Shown piece by piece: positions 37,223 through 51,829 of a stretch of 64,000 bases of DNA; position 1 is the stretch's first letter, and every line of letters begins with the position of its first letter. The DNA lies in assembly GCA_051362555.1 (NCBI GenBank), contig CM120647.1, positions 8,308,001 through 8,372,000 of the forward strand, read 5' to 3'. The notes under the pieces were generated by a model. The model was not told the origin of the DNA, ran no database searches, and worked only from the letters and a program-made list of their open reading frames with translations. A program made the position numbers and the translations under genes. The DNA is from Lingula anatina. Taxonomy: Eukaryota > Animalia > Brachiopoda.

Positions 37223-38428
37223 ATGTGAGTGTGCCCATGTCTGAGTGCTTAAGTCTGTAATTGTGTAACCAGCTCGCGCGCACCTGCTTTATGGCAATAT
37301 ATTATACGCCGGTTCTAAGTCTTACTTCAACTAAATTGACTGACTGAAACTAATATAAGATCTTTATTCATAACTTATTGCTTTCCATTGTCGTTACAGT
37401 GAAACACTGACGGCAAGGTTAAACCAAGGGCGAAACCGGAGATGATCCTGCTAATATCCGGGCATCTGTGAATTGGAAATACAGGGGATACGGCAGGTAC
37501 GCCAATGGCAACACTGACAGTGTTCTTGTAATCCCAGGAGTATTGCATTGTGGACGGCAGTGGTATATGAGAAAGACGTTGGTTCAAAGCAAAACGTGTG
37601 CAAAAATTAGGATTGTTTTTTCTTTTTTTTTTTTTGGAAAATTTGGCTTTTGGAAACCAGAAGAATTTTGACAGCGAAGGGGTCTATTTGGTGCATTTTA
37701 GTCCCAGGATACCGGAAAACGTTGTCAGCCTACGCTATACGTGGATTTTTTGCATTCGTGCAATCAATACATAGATTTCAAGAGAAACTCGTCTGATTAT
37801 TGTGTTCATGTCATTTATCGTAACCTTATGAAGAAAAATGACTTGGCTGGCTTTTTATTGGCATATGAACAGAAGTTCTTATTGAAACGTCATTATTATA
37901 GAAAAAAATAACGTATCGATCCAAAGGTAGAATATCCATTGTAGGAAGAAATCCTAATTACAGTTCTTCTGACAGCGAGAAGAAAGACAGAGAAGTGCTT
38001 TGGACGGCTGAGGAATTATCAAGGAAGTCGATCTTAGGTTAGTTAGATAAGAGTGATACGTTTTGAATAACGTCTTAATCGCAGTTTTCAACTCTCAATG
38101 AAACACTGCTAACGCTCGAGCCATTAACGCATCTACGTTCCTGCTTGAGACGAATTCTCTTTAAACAGAAGCTTTTAGCTAACGACCCTGTGACAGCGCT
38201 TTATCTTCGAGTAGACCATGATGAAATGTTTCTGCTGACGGCAAGTCTCCTGTGATTAAGCTTAATTGCTGGAAGCGTGACTGTCTTGGAATATTTACGC
38301 ACGGAAGGTGTCAGAATAAATCGACCCTACAGATTTTGCATTGATGGGATTGGACTTGCAGTTCTGAAACAAGCAGAGGAGCCTAAATTTTGATTTCGCA
38401 AACAGGTGAGTTATTGATATTTTATTGA

Positions 38429-40148
38429 TTTTTATGTACAGACACAGATGTGTCTGTACATATTGCCATCACCTGCGTCTGTCGTCGCCGTCGCCGTCGC
38501 CGTCGCCGATCATGTCGCCGTGCACTTTCAGCGTTAACACCATAAGTGGAAGACAGTTTTATTTTTTGGCTTTATGTTTACAGAGCTGACTAATATTCAT
38601 AAAACGCAGGTCAAGTTCGAAAATCAGCATGATCTGGCCATTATTGTAGAATTTATGCTGTTTTTTTTCTTTTTAGCATATATGCAACACTGTTAACACA
38701 TTTCAAGGAAAACCGATAGGCCTGTTGTCATGAAACTCACAGGAGTAATCAATCTTACTAAAACGCAGATCAAGTTCGAAAATCGGCATGATCGGGCCAC
38801 TATTTTAGTAGTTATGCTGTTTTTTCACTTTTCAGCATATATGCAACACTGTTAACACATTTCAAGGAAAACCGATAGACCTGTTGTCATGAAACTCACA
38901 GGAGTAATCAATCTTACTAAAACGCAGGTCAAGTTCGAAAATCAGCATAATCGGGCCATTATTTTATAAGTTATGCCGTTTTTTCACATTTCCTCAGATT
39001 TAATTCTTAGGCATGTTAACAGTCTCATTATTTAGTTAAGAAGATACGTAAAAGTGTTTGTTTGACATTTCCTGCATCTTTACAACATTGTTAGTTGATT
39101 TTGTAAAAATGATGGTATACTTGTTATTGTGTATTGTGTAATAAAGTTTCAAAAATGGAAATAAACTCATATCATTGAGGTTTGTCAGATTCAATCATTC
39201 ACTATGTTCAGAATCTCAGAATGGAAGAAATTGGACATTTAACACTGTTTTATTGATATTTTTCCCATCTCATCAATTTTTTTAGTTGATCATATAAATA
39301 TGGCAGTAAACTCTTAATTTTGTTTTATGTTAAAAAATTGTTAAAAATGGGAAAAAAACATTTCAGAACAGTGCCGTCTTGTTTACATTTTGGCATTTTT
39401 AAGTTGTGACTTTGAAGTTCCATGGGCCTGAAGACCTTTGCTAGTCACATTTTCTGAATATCCATGATACTAATATTTTATTATTAAAAATTGATGGTCA
39501 TTATGCTGTTAAACATTATGTAATATTGCATCAAAATTTGAAAAAAACCTATTTTGGGCACTGCTCCCATGATGACCATTTAAGAAAAACCATGTCACTT
39601 ACTGTTCTCAAACAGTACAGTAAATATATATAGATGTGTCTGTACATATTGCCATCACCTGCATCTGTCGTCGCCGTCGCCAGCGCCGTGCACTTTCATT
39701 GTAAACAAGATAAATGGAAGGCAGTTTTACTTTTTGGCTTTATATTTACAGAGCTGATGAATATTCATAAAACGCAGGTCAAGTTCGAAAATCAGCATGA
39801 TCAAACCATTATTTTAGAAGTTATGCTGTTTTTTCACATTTCCTCAGATTTAATTCTTAGGCATGTTAACAGTTTCATTATTTAATTAATAAGATACATA
39901 AAAGTGTTTGTTTGACATTTCCTGCATCTTTACAACATTGTTAGTTGATTTTGTAAAAATGATGGTAAACTTGTCATCGTGTATTGTGTAATAAAGTTTC
40001 AAAAATGGAAATAAACTCATATCATTGCAGTTTGTCAGATTCAATCATTCACATAATGTACTTTTGCATCACAAATGACAGTAGCCTATTTTGTGCATAG
40101 TTATTTCCTGTTTTTTGTCTGTACATTTGACAGCTTTGCTGCCTTGTT
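38429..40148 (+). mobile_element. HINE/Helentron-type non-autonomous element, family 2, copy 1 (with internal restart at ~39632)
   Basis: T-tract plus hairpin atgtacagacaca-ga-tgtgtctgtacat, (cgtcgc)n, 159-bp internal repeats (38601, 38760, 38919), 3' subTIR tgtctgtacat, gacagctttgctgcc palindrome and ttgtt. Confidence 0.85.
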
Positions 40149-40450
40149 CACACTCGGCATTATCTTTATGTGAAACCCTTACGCCTGAAGCTCTACTAAG
40201 CTATTTACATTGTCTGAATATCGGGGTTACTTCAAGTACATAATGTAAAATTACTGGCAAATATGCTGTTCAACATTTTGTTCTACTTTCAGTGAAGTCC
40301 AATAACTCCAGCCCGGACAACACCACAGTTCCTTCCACTGGTAGGTTCTGACTTAGCACTACATTAACATTATATCACAATATGCAATCAAAACAGTGGT
40401 GTCTGGACAATGCCACCTTCCCCCCTCCCCCTTTCCTGGACAATGCCTCA

Positions 40451-43281
40451 TTTTTATGTACAGACACAGATGTGTCTGTACATATTGCCATCACCTGCAT
40501 CTGTTGTCGCCGCCGTCCATGTCGATGTTACCATCGCCGTGCACTTTCAGCGTTAACACCATAAGTGGAAGACAATTTTAATTTTTGGCTTTATATTTAC
40601 AGAGCTGATGAAAATTCATAAAATGCAGCTCAAGTTCGAAAATCAGCATGATCTGGCCATTATTGTAGAAGTTATGCTGTTTTTTCATTTTTCAGCATAT
40701 ATGTAACACTGTTAACACATTTCAAGGAAAACCGATAGGCCTGTTGTCATAAAACTCACGGGAATAATCAATCTTACTAAAACGCAGATCAAGTTCGAAA
40801 ATCAGCATGATCGGGTCACTATTTTAGTAGTTATACTGCTTTTTCACTTTTCAGCATACATGCAACACTGTTAACACATTTCAAGGAAAACCGATAGGCC
40901 TGTTGTCATGAAACTCACAGGAGTAATCTATCTTACTAAAACGCAGGTCAAGTTCGAAAATCAGCATAATCGGGCCCTTATGTTATAAGTTTTGCTGTTT
41001 TTTCACATTTCCTCAGATTCAATTCTTAGGCATGTTAACAGTCTCATTATTTAACTAATAAGATACGTAAAAGTGTTTGTTTGACCTTTCTTGGATCTTT
41101 ACAACATTGTTAGTTGATTATGTAAAAATGATGGTAAACTTGTTATGTATTGTATAATAGAGTTTCAAAAATGGAAGTAAACTCGTATCATTGCAGTTTG
41201 TCAGATTCATTCATTCACTATGTTCAGAAACTCAGAATGGATGAAATTGGACATTAAACACTGTTCTATTGATATTTTTCCCATCTAATCAATTTTCTTA
41301 GTTGATAATTTAAAATGGCAGTAAACTGTTAATTTTGTTTTATGTTAAAAAATAGTTTAAAATGAAAAAAAAAAAAACACATTTCAGGACAGTGCTGTCT
41401 TGTTTACATTTTGGCATTTTCAAGGTGTGACTTTGAAGTTCCATGGGCCTGAAGACCTTTGCTAGTCACATTTTCTGAATATCCATGATACTAATATTTT
41501 ATTATTAAAAATTGATGGTTATTATCCTGTTAAACATTATGTAATATTGCATCAAAATTTGAAGAAACCCCTATTTTGACACTGCTCCCATGATTACTAT
41601 TTAAAGGGATAATAACTTCATTTTGGCCAAAAATTAATTTTCCTGGAGTAAACAACAATTTTCCCATACTTACAAGTGGTTAATGAATCCATTTTTACAT
41701 TCAAAGTTAGTCCCTGGTTTTTTTCTAAAAAGGTAAACTTTTTGTTAAAATCTCTTAAGAGATTTTAACAAAGTAAAGCCATCATTGGAAGTCACAAGAT
41801 AAGCTCAGATATCAGATGAAATAGCTATAACTACTGTTTTTGTGGTAAAACTGAATATATTTAATTTCTATGAGTTATTCACAATGTTTTTATTGTGAAA
41901 TATAGATCTCATTAGAAGAGTTATTATCACTTTAAGTAAAACCATGTCACTTACTGTTCTCAAACTTACAGGAAAGAAACACGGGACTAAAATACAGTTT
42001 CTTAAGGCAATGCAGTCTGTTTGGTAATTCTTTCTGCCAGTTAAACAGTTTTTTTGTGAAAATAAAATTTTTCACATATTGGCATTTTCAAGGTGTGACT
42101 TTAAAGTTCCATGGTCCTGAAGACCTTTGCTAGTAACATTTTCTGAATATCCATGATACTAATATTTTATTATTAAACATTAATGGTCATTATGCTGTTA
42201 AACATTATGTAATGTTGCATCAAAATTTGAAGAGACCCCATGATGACCATTTAAGGAATACCATGTCACTTACTGTTCTCAAACTTACAGGAAAGAAACA
42301 TGGGACTTAAATAAAGCTTCAGTGGGCAATGCAGTCTGTTTGGTAAATTTTTCTGGCAATTAAACAGTTTTTTTGTGAAACTTTAATTTTTCACATATTG
42401 GCATTTTCAAGGTATAACTTACAAACTCCACGGGCTTGAAGACCTATGCTAGTCACATTTTCTGAAAATCCATGATACGTATATTTTGTTATTAAAAACT
42501 GATGGTCTTTATGCTGTTAAGCATATGTAATATTGCATCAAAAAATCAAGATAGAAGAAAACACAATTTTGGGTGCTGCTGCCATGATGACCATCATGGG
42601 AAAACCATGTTACTTACGATTGTCAAACTTTCAAAAAAGAAACTCAGGACTAAAATGCAACTAATTGGCTTCTTTTTCTGGAAGTTATACATTTTAGTGA
42701 AGTATTCATTTTTATCATGTTGGCATATTCATTGTGGGACTTGAAGCTCCCATGGACATGAAGCCAAATGGTAATCAAATTTTCTACATGTCCATGCTAT
42801 TTATAGTCAATAATCAAAAACTGGTGATAATTATTCTGTAATTTATTATGTACTGTTACATCAAAATTGACTAAAATCTTTTTGCACTGCTACTACAAAC
42901 ATTATGAAAAGAAAATTGTGTTACTTATTATTATTTTCAACTTACAAGTATGATTTTTAGGATTGGCACGCACTTCAAAATTAGACAGCCAGCTCAATTG
43001 GGTTATCATTTATTATTGAATTTATGCAGTATTGTGTGAAATTTTCATTTTTCTCATTCTGGCATTTTCAAAGTGTGAACTTGAACTCCCATGGGCCTGA
43101 AGCCTTATGCTTGTTACACATTTTACTTACATTGATATTACCTGTGAAGCATAATGAAAATTTGATGTTGAATTTGCAGTTAAGCATAATGTACTTTTGC
43201 ATCAGAATTGACAGTAGCCTATTTTGTGCATTGTTATTGTCTGCTTTTTGTCTGTACATTTGACAGCTTTGCTGCCTTGTT
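40451..43281 (+). mobile_element. HINE family 2, copy 2 (longer)
   Basis: Same 5' hairpin and 3' terminus; 159-bp repeats followed by ~320-bp repeats (ttggcattttcaaggtgtgac at ~41411, 42080, 42399, 42721, 43060). Confidence 0.85.
41605..41931. mobile_element. 327-bp TTAA-flanked MITE (Kolobok-like) nested in the HINE
   Basis: ttaa|agggataataactt ... gagttattatcact|ttaa; paralogous empty sites (ccatttaagaaaaaccatg at ~39577, also ~42247) have one TTAA. Confidence 0.85.
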
Positions 43282-43422
43282 CTTTGGATGCTGCTGGCGC
43301 TGAATACTAACTGATGTCTCCACTTCAAGGTTATTGCATGCTATTTTCAGGTTTCATCCTCCATGAACTGTCTGGGTCATTTATCATTTGCTGTGACAAA
43401 TTGCACACGGCAAATCCACATT

Positions 43423-43519
43423 CCAAGCAAACACAGAACGCTATTATAACGTTACCACAACGTTTATAATACCTAAAAAACGTTATGGTAACGTTATGAA
43501 ACGTTCTGTGTTTGCTGGG
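43423..43519. mobile_element. Short palindromic MITE (CCCAGCAAACAC-type TIR); partial sister at ~59100-59172
   Basis: ccaagcaaacacagaacg / cgttctgtgtttgctggg. Confidence 0.7.
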
Positions 43520-44607
43520 TTGCCTTTTATAACTGTTTTTAGTCACAGTTTCCTTAAAAGAGGAAACATTTAATGCGTTGTATAATACTGAAGGTCAAGA
43601 AAGACATAACGCATTATGAGAAAAATATATCAAAGCCTCGAAGAAAGTAGGAAGTTCAAGGAAAACAGTTATATAAACAACATGTTTTTGACACATATAA
43701 AGACGACATCAAAAGGATAAGTTATAATTTAAAATTATTCCAGTAAGAACTCCGTATCCGTTGCTCTTGTACCAACATTGTTTTTGCTCTGTCATTGTGC
43801 ATTGGTGCAAATTAATATATTTTTAAACTATCTCAAGCGGGAAGCCCGACGCACACTTTCGGCTTTGTGCTTAGTTACTTAGACTTGTAAGATGAGATTT
43901 ATCGACGCCAAACGTTCATTGGCATAAGGTGCTAGATACAGTAGTCTTTCACTTCAGAGAAAGTGTCTCTCCAGCGCTCTCTCTTTCTCTCTCTCTCGTT
44001 TTCTCTCTGAGACGAAAATTCATAAGAAAAAATTAGCGCAAAGAGCTCTGCGGAACGCCTCCTTAACCCTTGTATTTGGACTGTTCAGTCGTGGTGGAGA
44101 ACCCATTCTGAGATGAGTCCTTCACTTTTTCTGTTGCAACAAATCTTGATAAGCCCGAGAAAGTGATAAAGTCAGCGTTCAGACAAAAAATTGATTTTTG
44201 TTTTTAGTGTATTAGACTGATGGAGTCCGACTGCGTTTTTAAATAAGGTATCAAATAAGAGGGCAAATAAAAGAAAAACGATAATGATATCTATGTATTT
44301 TGGCTGTATGAGATAACGGTATTGCCAGTGTGTGTGTGTGCGTCTAAATTGAATTCTTTGGGGCACATTATTTTGTCATTCCAAATTAGGCATAGCATGA
44401 GCATATCAAACACGCGTACTTTAGCCGTAGCTAAATAGGTTACCGTCAGCGCTGAGCGAGAGTGAAAGCCTTCGTCAAGACAATCTGAGCTTACCCAAGA
44501 GACTCCTGTCAAAGATAAGCGGGCACTCAGTTTCTTTGTGACACTCAACAAAGCTGGCTGTATCTTGGTTTTTAGTCCAAAAATTAACGCACGACTCTCT
44601 GTGAAAC

Positions 44608-44833
44608 TACCCTCTACCAGGGCGACAGATAGATTTTTCACAAGATATCCACAGATATGTCTTTAGGTAAATAAATAGACAGTCATTCGTTTCTCTGCCT
44701 CTGGCTTTTTTTTAATTTGCCTTTAATATCTGCAACCCTGGTAGAGGGTACCGTGAAACATTCCCTAGGGAGCGTGGCTGTGTATACTTGTACCGTACAT
44801 GTTTACACCGCCACGCCCCCTGGGGATTGTTTC
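44608..44833. repeat. Two abutting small foldback elements
   Basis: taccctctaccaggg / ccctggtagagggta (44608-44750) and tgaaacattccctagggagcgtggc / gccacgccccctggggattgtttca (~44754-44833). Confidence 0.6.
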
Positions 44834-45773
44834 ATTTATAGACGATTTGGAAACAACTCAGCTATGTATTGACTGTTAGATAAAACGGCTCATGTTCTCA
44901 GTAACTTGTTTCGACTCTGCAGTACTGCATGTCCAAGGTGGTATTCCCCGTGGAGCAAAAACATGTTATCGCATGTGCAGATGATGTGCTTCTGTTGGTA
45001 AAAGATGAGCCAACGCGATATTATGGAAGAAATGGGAGGAATGGGACTGATACGAGACAGCCCAACACGAGGCCATCAGCACTGCGTGACGTCATGCGAG
45101 ACTAGAAAACGTGCGAGAATCTGCGGGGTTAGGTGTTTACTTTATAGCACTTAGTGTGAAACTCTCTGTGCTTGGAATGTTTATATTTTGTAAGAGAACA
45201 TAGCAAATGTAAAAAATGATATCCAAAACATTCGTACCTGATCGATTTTTACCTGTCATTGGTGACAGTTACCAATTTAGCTGTGACAATTGACATTTAT
45301 GCAGGTCAGTCATTAGAAGAAAGCCACTTCCATAGGCTAATAATTATTGAAAAATCTGGTTCACGCAGTTGGCTATCTAAGTAAAGCCTATGGAGCTAAA
45401 AAGTAAGTATTTTTCCGTGAAACAGATATCAGGAACCTCCACGATTGCTGATTTCAAATACGACTGTTAAAATGTTCCGTAAAAGCCTCCTTGACTGCTG
45501 CATTCTGGCACCACTGCGAAGAAAAATCCCACAGGAACCGCCAAAGCCACCCCTGTTTAAGGCTTACTTTGATGTTATCATTTAACCAGATTAGAATAAT
45601 AATATTATGAAGTGAGCAAAAAACCTTTCAAATGCTGTTAATGCTGTTACTATCGTTAGCTTGGCATTTCATCGGCGCGAACGCCCATGGGAACTGGGTT
45701 TGTCATCAGAATGTCTTTATATACATTTCATAGTGACAGAAAATCCATCCTCCGGGCACTGTTGGTTTCTGAA

Positions 45774-45983
45774 GGGCTCGTCCAGAACAAGTTGATCCGC
45801 GGAATAACAGATCCGCAGATCAACAGATGTGGCCTTCCCACATGAAAGCTTGTCGCATAGTTCCCTAGTAAACACTGGATAGATTTCCCGCGGGGATTAC
45901 GAGGTCAGCTTTCAGGTGGACAGGCCATATTTGATTCGCGAATCTGTTAGTCTGCCGATCACAATTTGTTGGAAATGCGGGCT
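45774..45983. mobile_element. Family A MITE, diverged
   Basis: aacagatccgcagatcaa...ttcccgcggggattac...catatttgattcgcgaatctgttag shared with other family A copies. Confidence 0.6.
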
Positions 45984-47647
45984 GAAGCCTGAAAGCCATC
46001 AATTTTTCCAGCTGCCTTTCAATGATTGCTTAGCATCCGTAATGAAAAATGATGGGGATATCGGAATAGAATTTCTTAATGTATCTTTCATTCCGAGTGT
46101 GAATGATTTTGAAAGGTGAAAAAAAAGCAGAATAAAAAATTTACGACTGGAAAAAGAATTGCTCCCGGATAAGACCCAGCTTTGAACAACGACGTCAGCA
46201 AATTGTTCTCTGTGTTTGAAAAAAATAATTTCTGTGTCTGTCGATTTAGTATTGTTTATTTGATGATTTGCTTTAAATTGAAAACTGTTAAGTCTGGTAT
46301 GCAGTATGTGAAGAATAGTTCGAAGAGCCTATACAATTTAGCTCATTCAGTGCGCAATGAACTATAATTATTATATGCAGACACAGTGTTTTTTCTAACG
46401 CCACTCCCAGGTTTTACGTCAAAAATTGCGGGCATTTTCAGCAAAATTATTTTTCCTTGTCTTTATGACCACTCACCTTGCCCAGGGACTGTGAAGACTT
46501 TTTTTTCTATTAATTTTATTTCGTAGGCTATTTATTTATGTATTTTAATTGCTCAGAAATGTATTCATTCTTATTTATGTCTGCATATACTCCAGCCACA
46601 CTGTCTAGTTTGGTGTTATATATATGGTTGTGAAGTGTTGGAGCAGATGTCTGTCTATGATGTGTCCTCATTAGTATTCGCCCCACTTGTGCTTGGTTAA
46701 TTGCACCTTCGTCTGCTTGCTGTTGATTTATTGCTTTTTGATGCGGCTCGGCTGTATTGTATTGTCTGGTGTAACTTAAAGTACAGTTTAAACAACAAAA
46801 AGAGGTCGCTCCTGGACTTTTATGGATCTAGGATTTTTAGTGGGTTATAAAATTTATATAAAGTTCACAACTTGAATAAAAAACATTATTAATTTATTTT
46901 ATTATTTATTTTCATTTTTATTTTTTCAATTTTTATTTGCGAAGGAAACCGAAAAAAGCGGAAGAAGACGGTAGTGCTGTTAAATGCAGTTATATGAAAG
47001 GCACAGGGATTGAAAATTGGTTTGTTTTCTGGTTCTGCCCCCCCCCCTTTCCCCCTGGATCGTGAGTCTGGCTTACTGAAAGTCTCGGATGCTATTGTAT
47101 GGAGTGTTTAAAAAGCTTTAGATATAAAAAAGGCAAATATCCCGAGATAACAACTGAAATATAACAAAGAACATGGTGAAAATAGACACTATTCGTGTTT
47201 TAGCGAGTAGCACATGGAGTTTTGATTGGTTAACGTGACTGACTCGTCGATGTGGTTAAAAACGATTTTGAACTGGAAGAGATTAGCAACAGTTCGCACA
47301 TTTCCATATTTACTTAAAGATGCAATGGAAAATCTACTTCACGGAATGAAGAACATGTTTTAACGTGTTAAAACTGATCCAAGCCAAGGTGAGCGAACTC
47401 CCTTTGGGGGCATCACCGTAAAGTACCGTTATAGAGAATAGATACTAATTGAAGTTCAAATAAGATCGATTAGAAGCCTGTTCAGACAAGAACATTTTCA
47501 ACCGGAGATAGACCAAAGTTGCGTCGTTATACAGATTGCTGCAACGCCCTGTTACAGTGTACCCTGTACTAGGGCCACTGTACTTTACTGACTAGTGTGA
47601 ATTTCGTTTAGAGATGACTTATCATATTGGCCTCTGGTACAGGAGAA

Positions 47648-47832
47648 GAGCGCATTCAGAACAGCGGACTAACTGATCTGCGGATCAAATATGGCGACTG
47701 ACTTAAAACCTTGCCGCTTACTTACCTGTTAGACACTGAATAGATTCCCCGGGGGGATAACACGACAAGCATTCAAGTGGGTCGACCATATTTGATCCGC
47801 GGATCTGTTAGCTTGCTGTTCTGAATGCGCTC
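47648..47832. mobile_element. Family A MITE (Harbinger-type)
   Basis: gagcgcattcagaacagc / gctgttctgaatgcgctc perfect TIRs; right flank taa. Confidence 0.85.
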
Positions 47833-49641
47833 TAAGAGCCTATATATATCTGTATAAACTGATTCTCTGGTGGCGCAGTTAGGACCAGTTTTCAGCCAAA
47901 GTCTGTGCTTGTCTGAACTTGGCATGTAACGCATATTAGTCACTGAACGTCAGGAATGAAGGCGGGTACTTTTTAATGAAATTACAAGGCACAAAGCTGG
48001 TATAGTTATTAGATTACCTGCACTTCACCGAGGGTTATATTCAGGGAATTTGTGAAAGATTTAAAAAACACTGTTGGGGCCATGTACCAGAAAATCTACA
48101 AGAAATTTGTGAAACATGTAAAACAGTGTCTGCGTCATGTACCAGAACCCCCCCCCCACACACACACACACACGCACACACACACACACACAAACACATG
48201 ATAGAGAGTTCAGTTCCAGTTGTTTTGTAAACGGGTAAACCCTGTCCGCCCCGTCCCGTGCCCCGTCCGACATTTTGACTTCATTTGTTTCTATAGCCTC
48301 CCCCTGTACAAATGGGCGGTCCTCAGTTTCTAGACCGAAACGCCTGTTTGTATGATTTTTACCTGTAACGAAAAGGAGATATATATTTGAAATGTGATCT
48401 GTTGATGTTGTATCTTTTAACAAGTGAACTAGCTTTTCTTTCAAGTCATGTTGCCGTGTGACGGATTGCACAGCCAAACCCTTTCTATGCTTTAATATCC
48501 GCTCATAGACTTGGTCCCTGGAAAGCGAACAGTCGTATCCTAGGTGAAATGAGCTTTCCTGGGAATAAACGAAAACAAAATAAGCATGCAAATACGTCAA
48601 CAGGAAATTAAGATTTCTGTACAGATGTCTCTCTGGCATTGGGGAAATAATGGCGGATACGTAGAAGACCACAGCGTCTATGGCCCCCCCTACTTTAAAT
48701 TCGGAGGCGCCCTCTCCCGCGGACACTCCCCTTCCCGAAAAAGAAATTGTTAGGTTAAGTGTAACGAAGGAATATCCACGAAAACCAAGGAATTTTTCAT
48801 CCCTCCCCAAAACAAGCAAGTTTTCATCCTTCTCCAAGACGGAGGGTTTGGGGGTTTCATGAAAAAAATAAAGTAATGTAAACATCACAGGCCCTATGTG
48901 CTTATCGTAGGTTATAAAGCATGAAGATCTTACTACGTTTAGTCAGGCAAGAGTTGTGATGACGATGACAAGTTCAAATACAAAAACAATAAGTCTTTGA
49001 CTTTGAAACCAGTTTTGGGGCAATGTCCTTTTGTAGGCTGACCTTGCTTTTAAAACAGGCACATTATTTCATATCCTTGGCTAACAAGAAGAAGAATGTA
49101 TTGGGCCCTAGACCGCGTTCACATAAACCCATCGTATTGGCTGGATCGACCCAGCTGCGAGGAATTCTCGCTTAAGTGCATTCATTGTATTCAGCTTACT
49201 TGTCTGACATGCCTCCTAAGAGGACATTAATCAAATATTTTGTTGAAATCTTATACTCTGAAAACTGAATAGTAATGAATCTATCATAAAGAGGAAATGA
49301 ATAAAGAAAGAAAACAACATATTTAGTTGTTCGGGAATCCAAGCAAAGCGAAAGCACAGTTTTATACGGTATCTTCCAGTGAAATCCAGTTAATGGTAAG
49401 AATCTCGGTCGATCCTTTTGCCCAAGTGTAAACTGGCCCTATAGCCTGTTGATTGGATCAACGGTCCATCCACATTATTGTGGTAAAGATTAAAGTCGTA
49501 AAATTTTCTAGTGGATTTTTATCTGAATATAGCATAACCAAAATAGTAATTGGTAGAGCTTAACGTGTGGCCTACAAATTACTGAATACAACTATTATTA
49601 ATTCTGATTGACAATCATAGCATAATTTATATTAAACTGTA

Positions 49642-49875
49642 CGTAGGGGAAACCGGGGCTAGTTGGACCCCGGGGTAAGTTGGCCCCCCATCAAGTCTTT
49701 TTAATAAAGATACTTTAAGATGCTAAATTATTTCATTTGGACTCACTGCCGACGCTTTCTTAGCACTTCTGGATACAAAATGATGTTACCAATTCTTTAA
49801 CCCCATAGTTACTTTGTCATAAATTCATGGGGAGCCAACTTATCCCGGTCTCCAACTAACCCCGGTCTCCCCTAT
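49642..49875. mobile_element. Tc1/mariner(pogo)-like MITE, TA flanks
   Basis: taggggaaaccggggctagttgg / ccaactaacccggtctccccta-like inverted ends with a duplicated subterminal motif. Confidence 0.75.
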
Positions 49876-50996
49876 TACAATACTATAATCTAAATATGCT
49901 ATAAACGTCTTAGTAATGATAAATCAGCACAGATATCCCAAAAACACGATCGATCCTTCTACGCAAGTGTAAACTGGACTTCCTAGATTTCGGGGGCTGC
50001 CCCTGTTACAATTATGCTCTGACTCATTTCTCTCAGCGGCGGAACAAAACAACCCTCTTACTACTACGTGTTGCTGTACATGTACGGGCCCTTACCATGT
50101 TAGCCTTGTAGAATCGCACAGGGGATTGATACTAACGCTCGTTGAAGGAACAATTTAGACAAACCCAATGCTAACAACGCGTAAGTAGATATGACTGAAG
50201 GTTATTAAAGCTCCTAGAGGAGTTGTGACTGAGTTTTGCGTGGGGCGGAAAGGCGTTTGATAGACATAGGCATGTCTTAGGTAATTGGGGCTTTCCTTCT
50301 CCGCGTTACTCGCCGTGGTAGGGTGAAGGCCAACATTTTTTGCACTGCAGGAGAAGCGAAGTGTGCTCTCATCATACTGTAAACTTTAAGGTGTACACGT
50401 AACGGTACAGATAAAACGTCAGTGCTGTATATTGTTGGTTTGTTTTGTCATGTTACTCATGATCATGATGAGTCTCATGTTGGTGTGTCGACATGTGGTG
50501 TTTTCAAAGTGTGTACAGTACATTGCTTATCTACGTAATACCATAGTGGATGGCAACGGGGAAAATGGACAACGATTTGATTAGAAAAAAAACGTATATC
50601 AGCGTGAAGTCGATAACACGTATGGTGTCAGCAGTTTTTAGAATTAACTCGTTCTGCGTTGACCGCGATGTTCAAGGACCCATTAATAAAACTTGAATTT
50701 TTATTGCACTGAGACGCGTGTTCCGTGTACCTGTTCGCAGTTAGATGAGATTTACCCAGGTAAGCGATAACGCCGAAGCGTGGGTTGTTTAGAATATGGC
50801 CTTGGTAGTGCGTTTTATATTAAGACAGGTGAAGCACGGTATTACATGTAGCTTAAACGTGATGCTGATGTGAAGTTTATCCTTTATCTTTTACATGTAA
50901 CGCCCACGTTTGATGATTTTATGTCACGGGGTAATATAAAGTATGCATGTTTTCTTAAGTTAGCTTTCCGTCTCTCTCTCTCTCCCTCCCTCTCGC

Positions 50997-51041
<45 letters not shown>

Positions 51042-51439
51042 TGGGAGAGAGAGAGAGAGATTTCCCATAATGGACATAATATCCAAATATTCTCAATAAA
51101 GCAACCTAAGCCAACGGAAAGCTGGGCTTTCCCTTTATTACCAATAGATAGAGCAACATAGAGGGCTGGTAGATTTGCCATAATTAAGTGCAGTGTTAAA
51201 CCTAGTAAGCGGATTTCTTTGTTTCTCCATAAGGTATAAGTGGTGCACAAACAAGCATACCTGGTCAGGTTCGCTCTACTTTGGAAGGTCACGGTGACCT
51301 TGTTATGATGAAGGATATTGCGTGTCAGTTTTACTTGACCTGACTTGTGGGGCATGTTTGCGGGGAAAAAAGTTTTCTTTAACTATGTTTTTTCCAACAG
51401 TTTGGCTCTCTCTCTCTCCCTCTCTCTCTCTCTCTTTTG

Positions 51440-51510
<71 letters not shown>

Positions 51511-51595
51511 ATGCCATCACGGCACAAATATCAAAATACTGAATTTTAAATTAGTCAGATTATACATGAACAAAACAGGGTTGAGTCTTGTATTA

Positions 51596-51829
51596 GGCTT
51601 CGTTCACATGGAATGTCTATTTTCTAAAAATCTATTTTCTATTCGCGCTATCTTATGATCACGGCGTAATTACTGGCAGCGCGAGCCAGTTACTATAAGT
51701 TACTACAAGTAACTGGCTCGCGCTGCCAGTAATTACGCGGCGGGATATTCAGGGCACAGACCGTGATCATAAGATAGCGCGAATAGAAAATAGATTTTTA
51801 GAAAATAGACATTCCATGTGAACGAAGCC
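51596..51829. mobile_element. Family B MITE, young near-perfect palindrome, TTA TSD
   Basis: tta|ggcttcgttcacatggaatgtctattttctaaaaatc ... gatttttagaaaatagacattccatgtgaacgaagcc|tta. Confidence 0.93.

Noticed and set aside
48061-48888. Longest ORF in the window (275 aa)
   Set aside because: No recognisable domain, runs through a (TG)n microsatellite and low-complexity sequence; most likely a chance ORF
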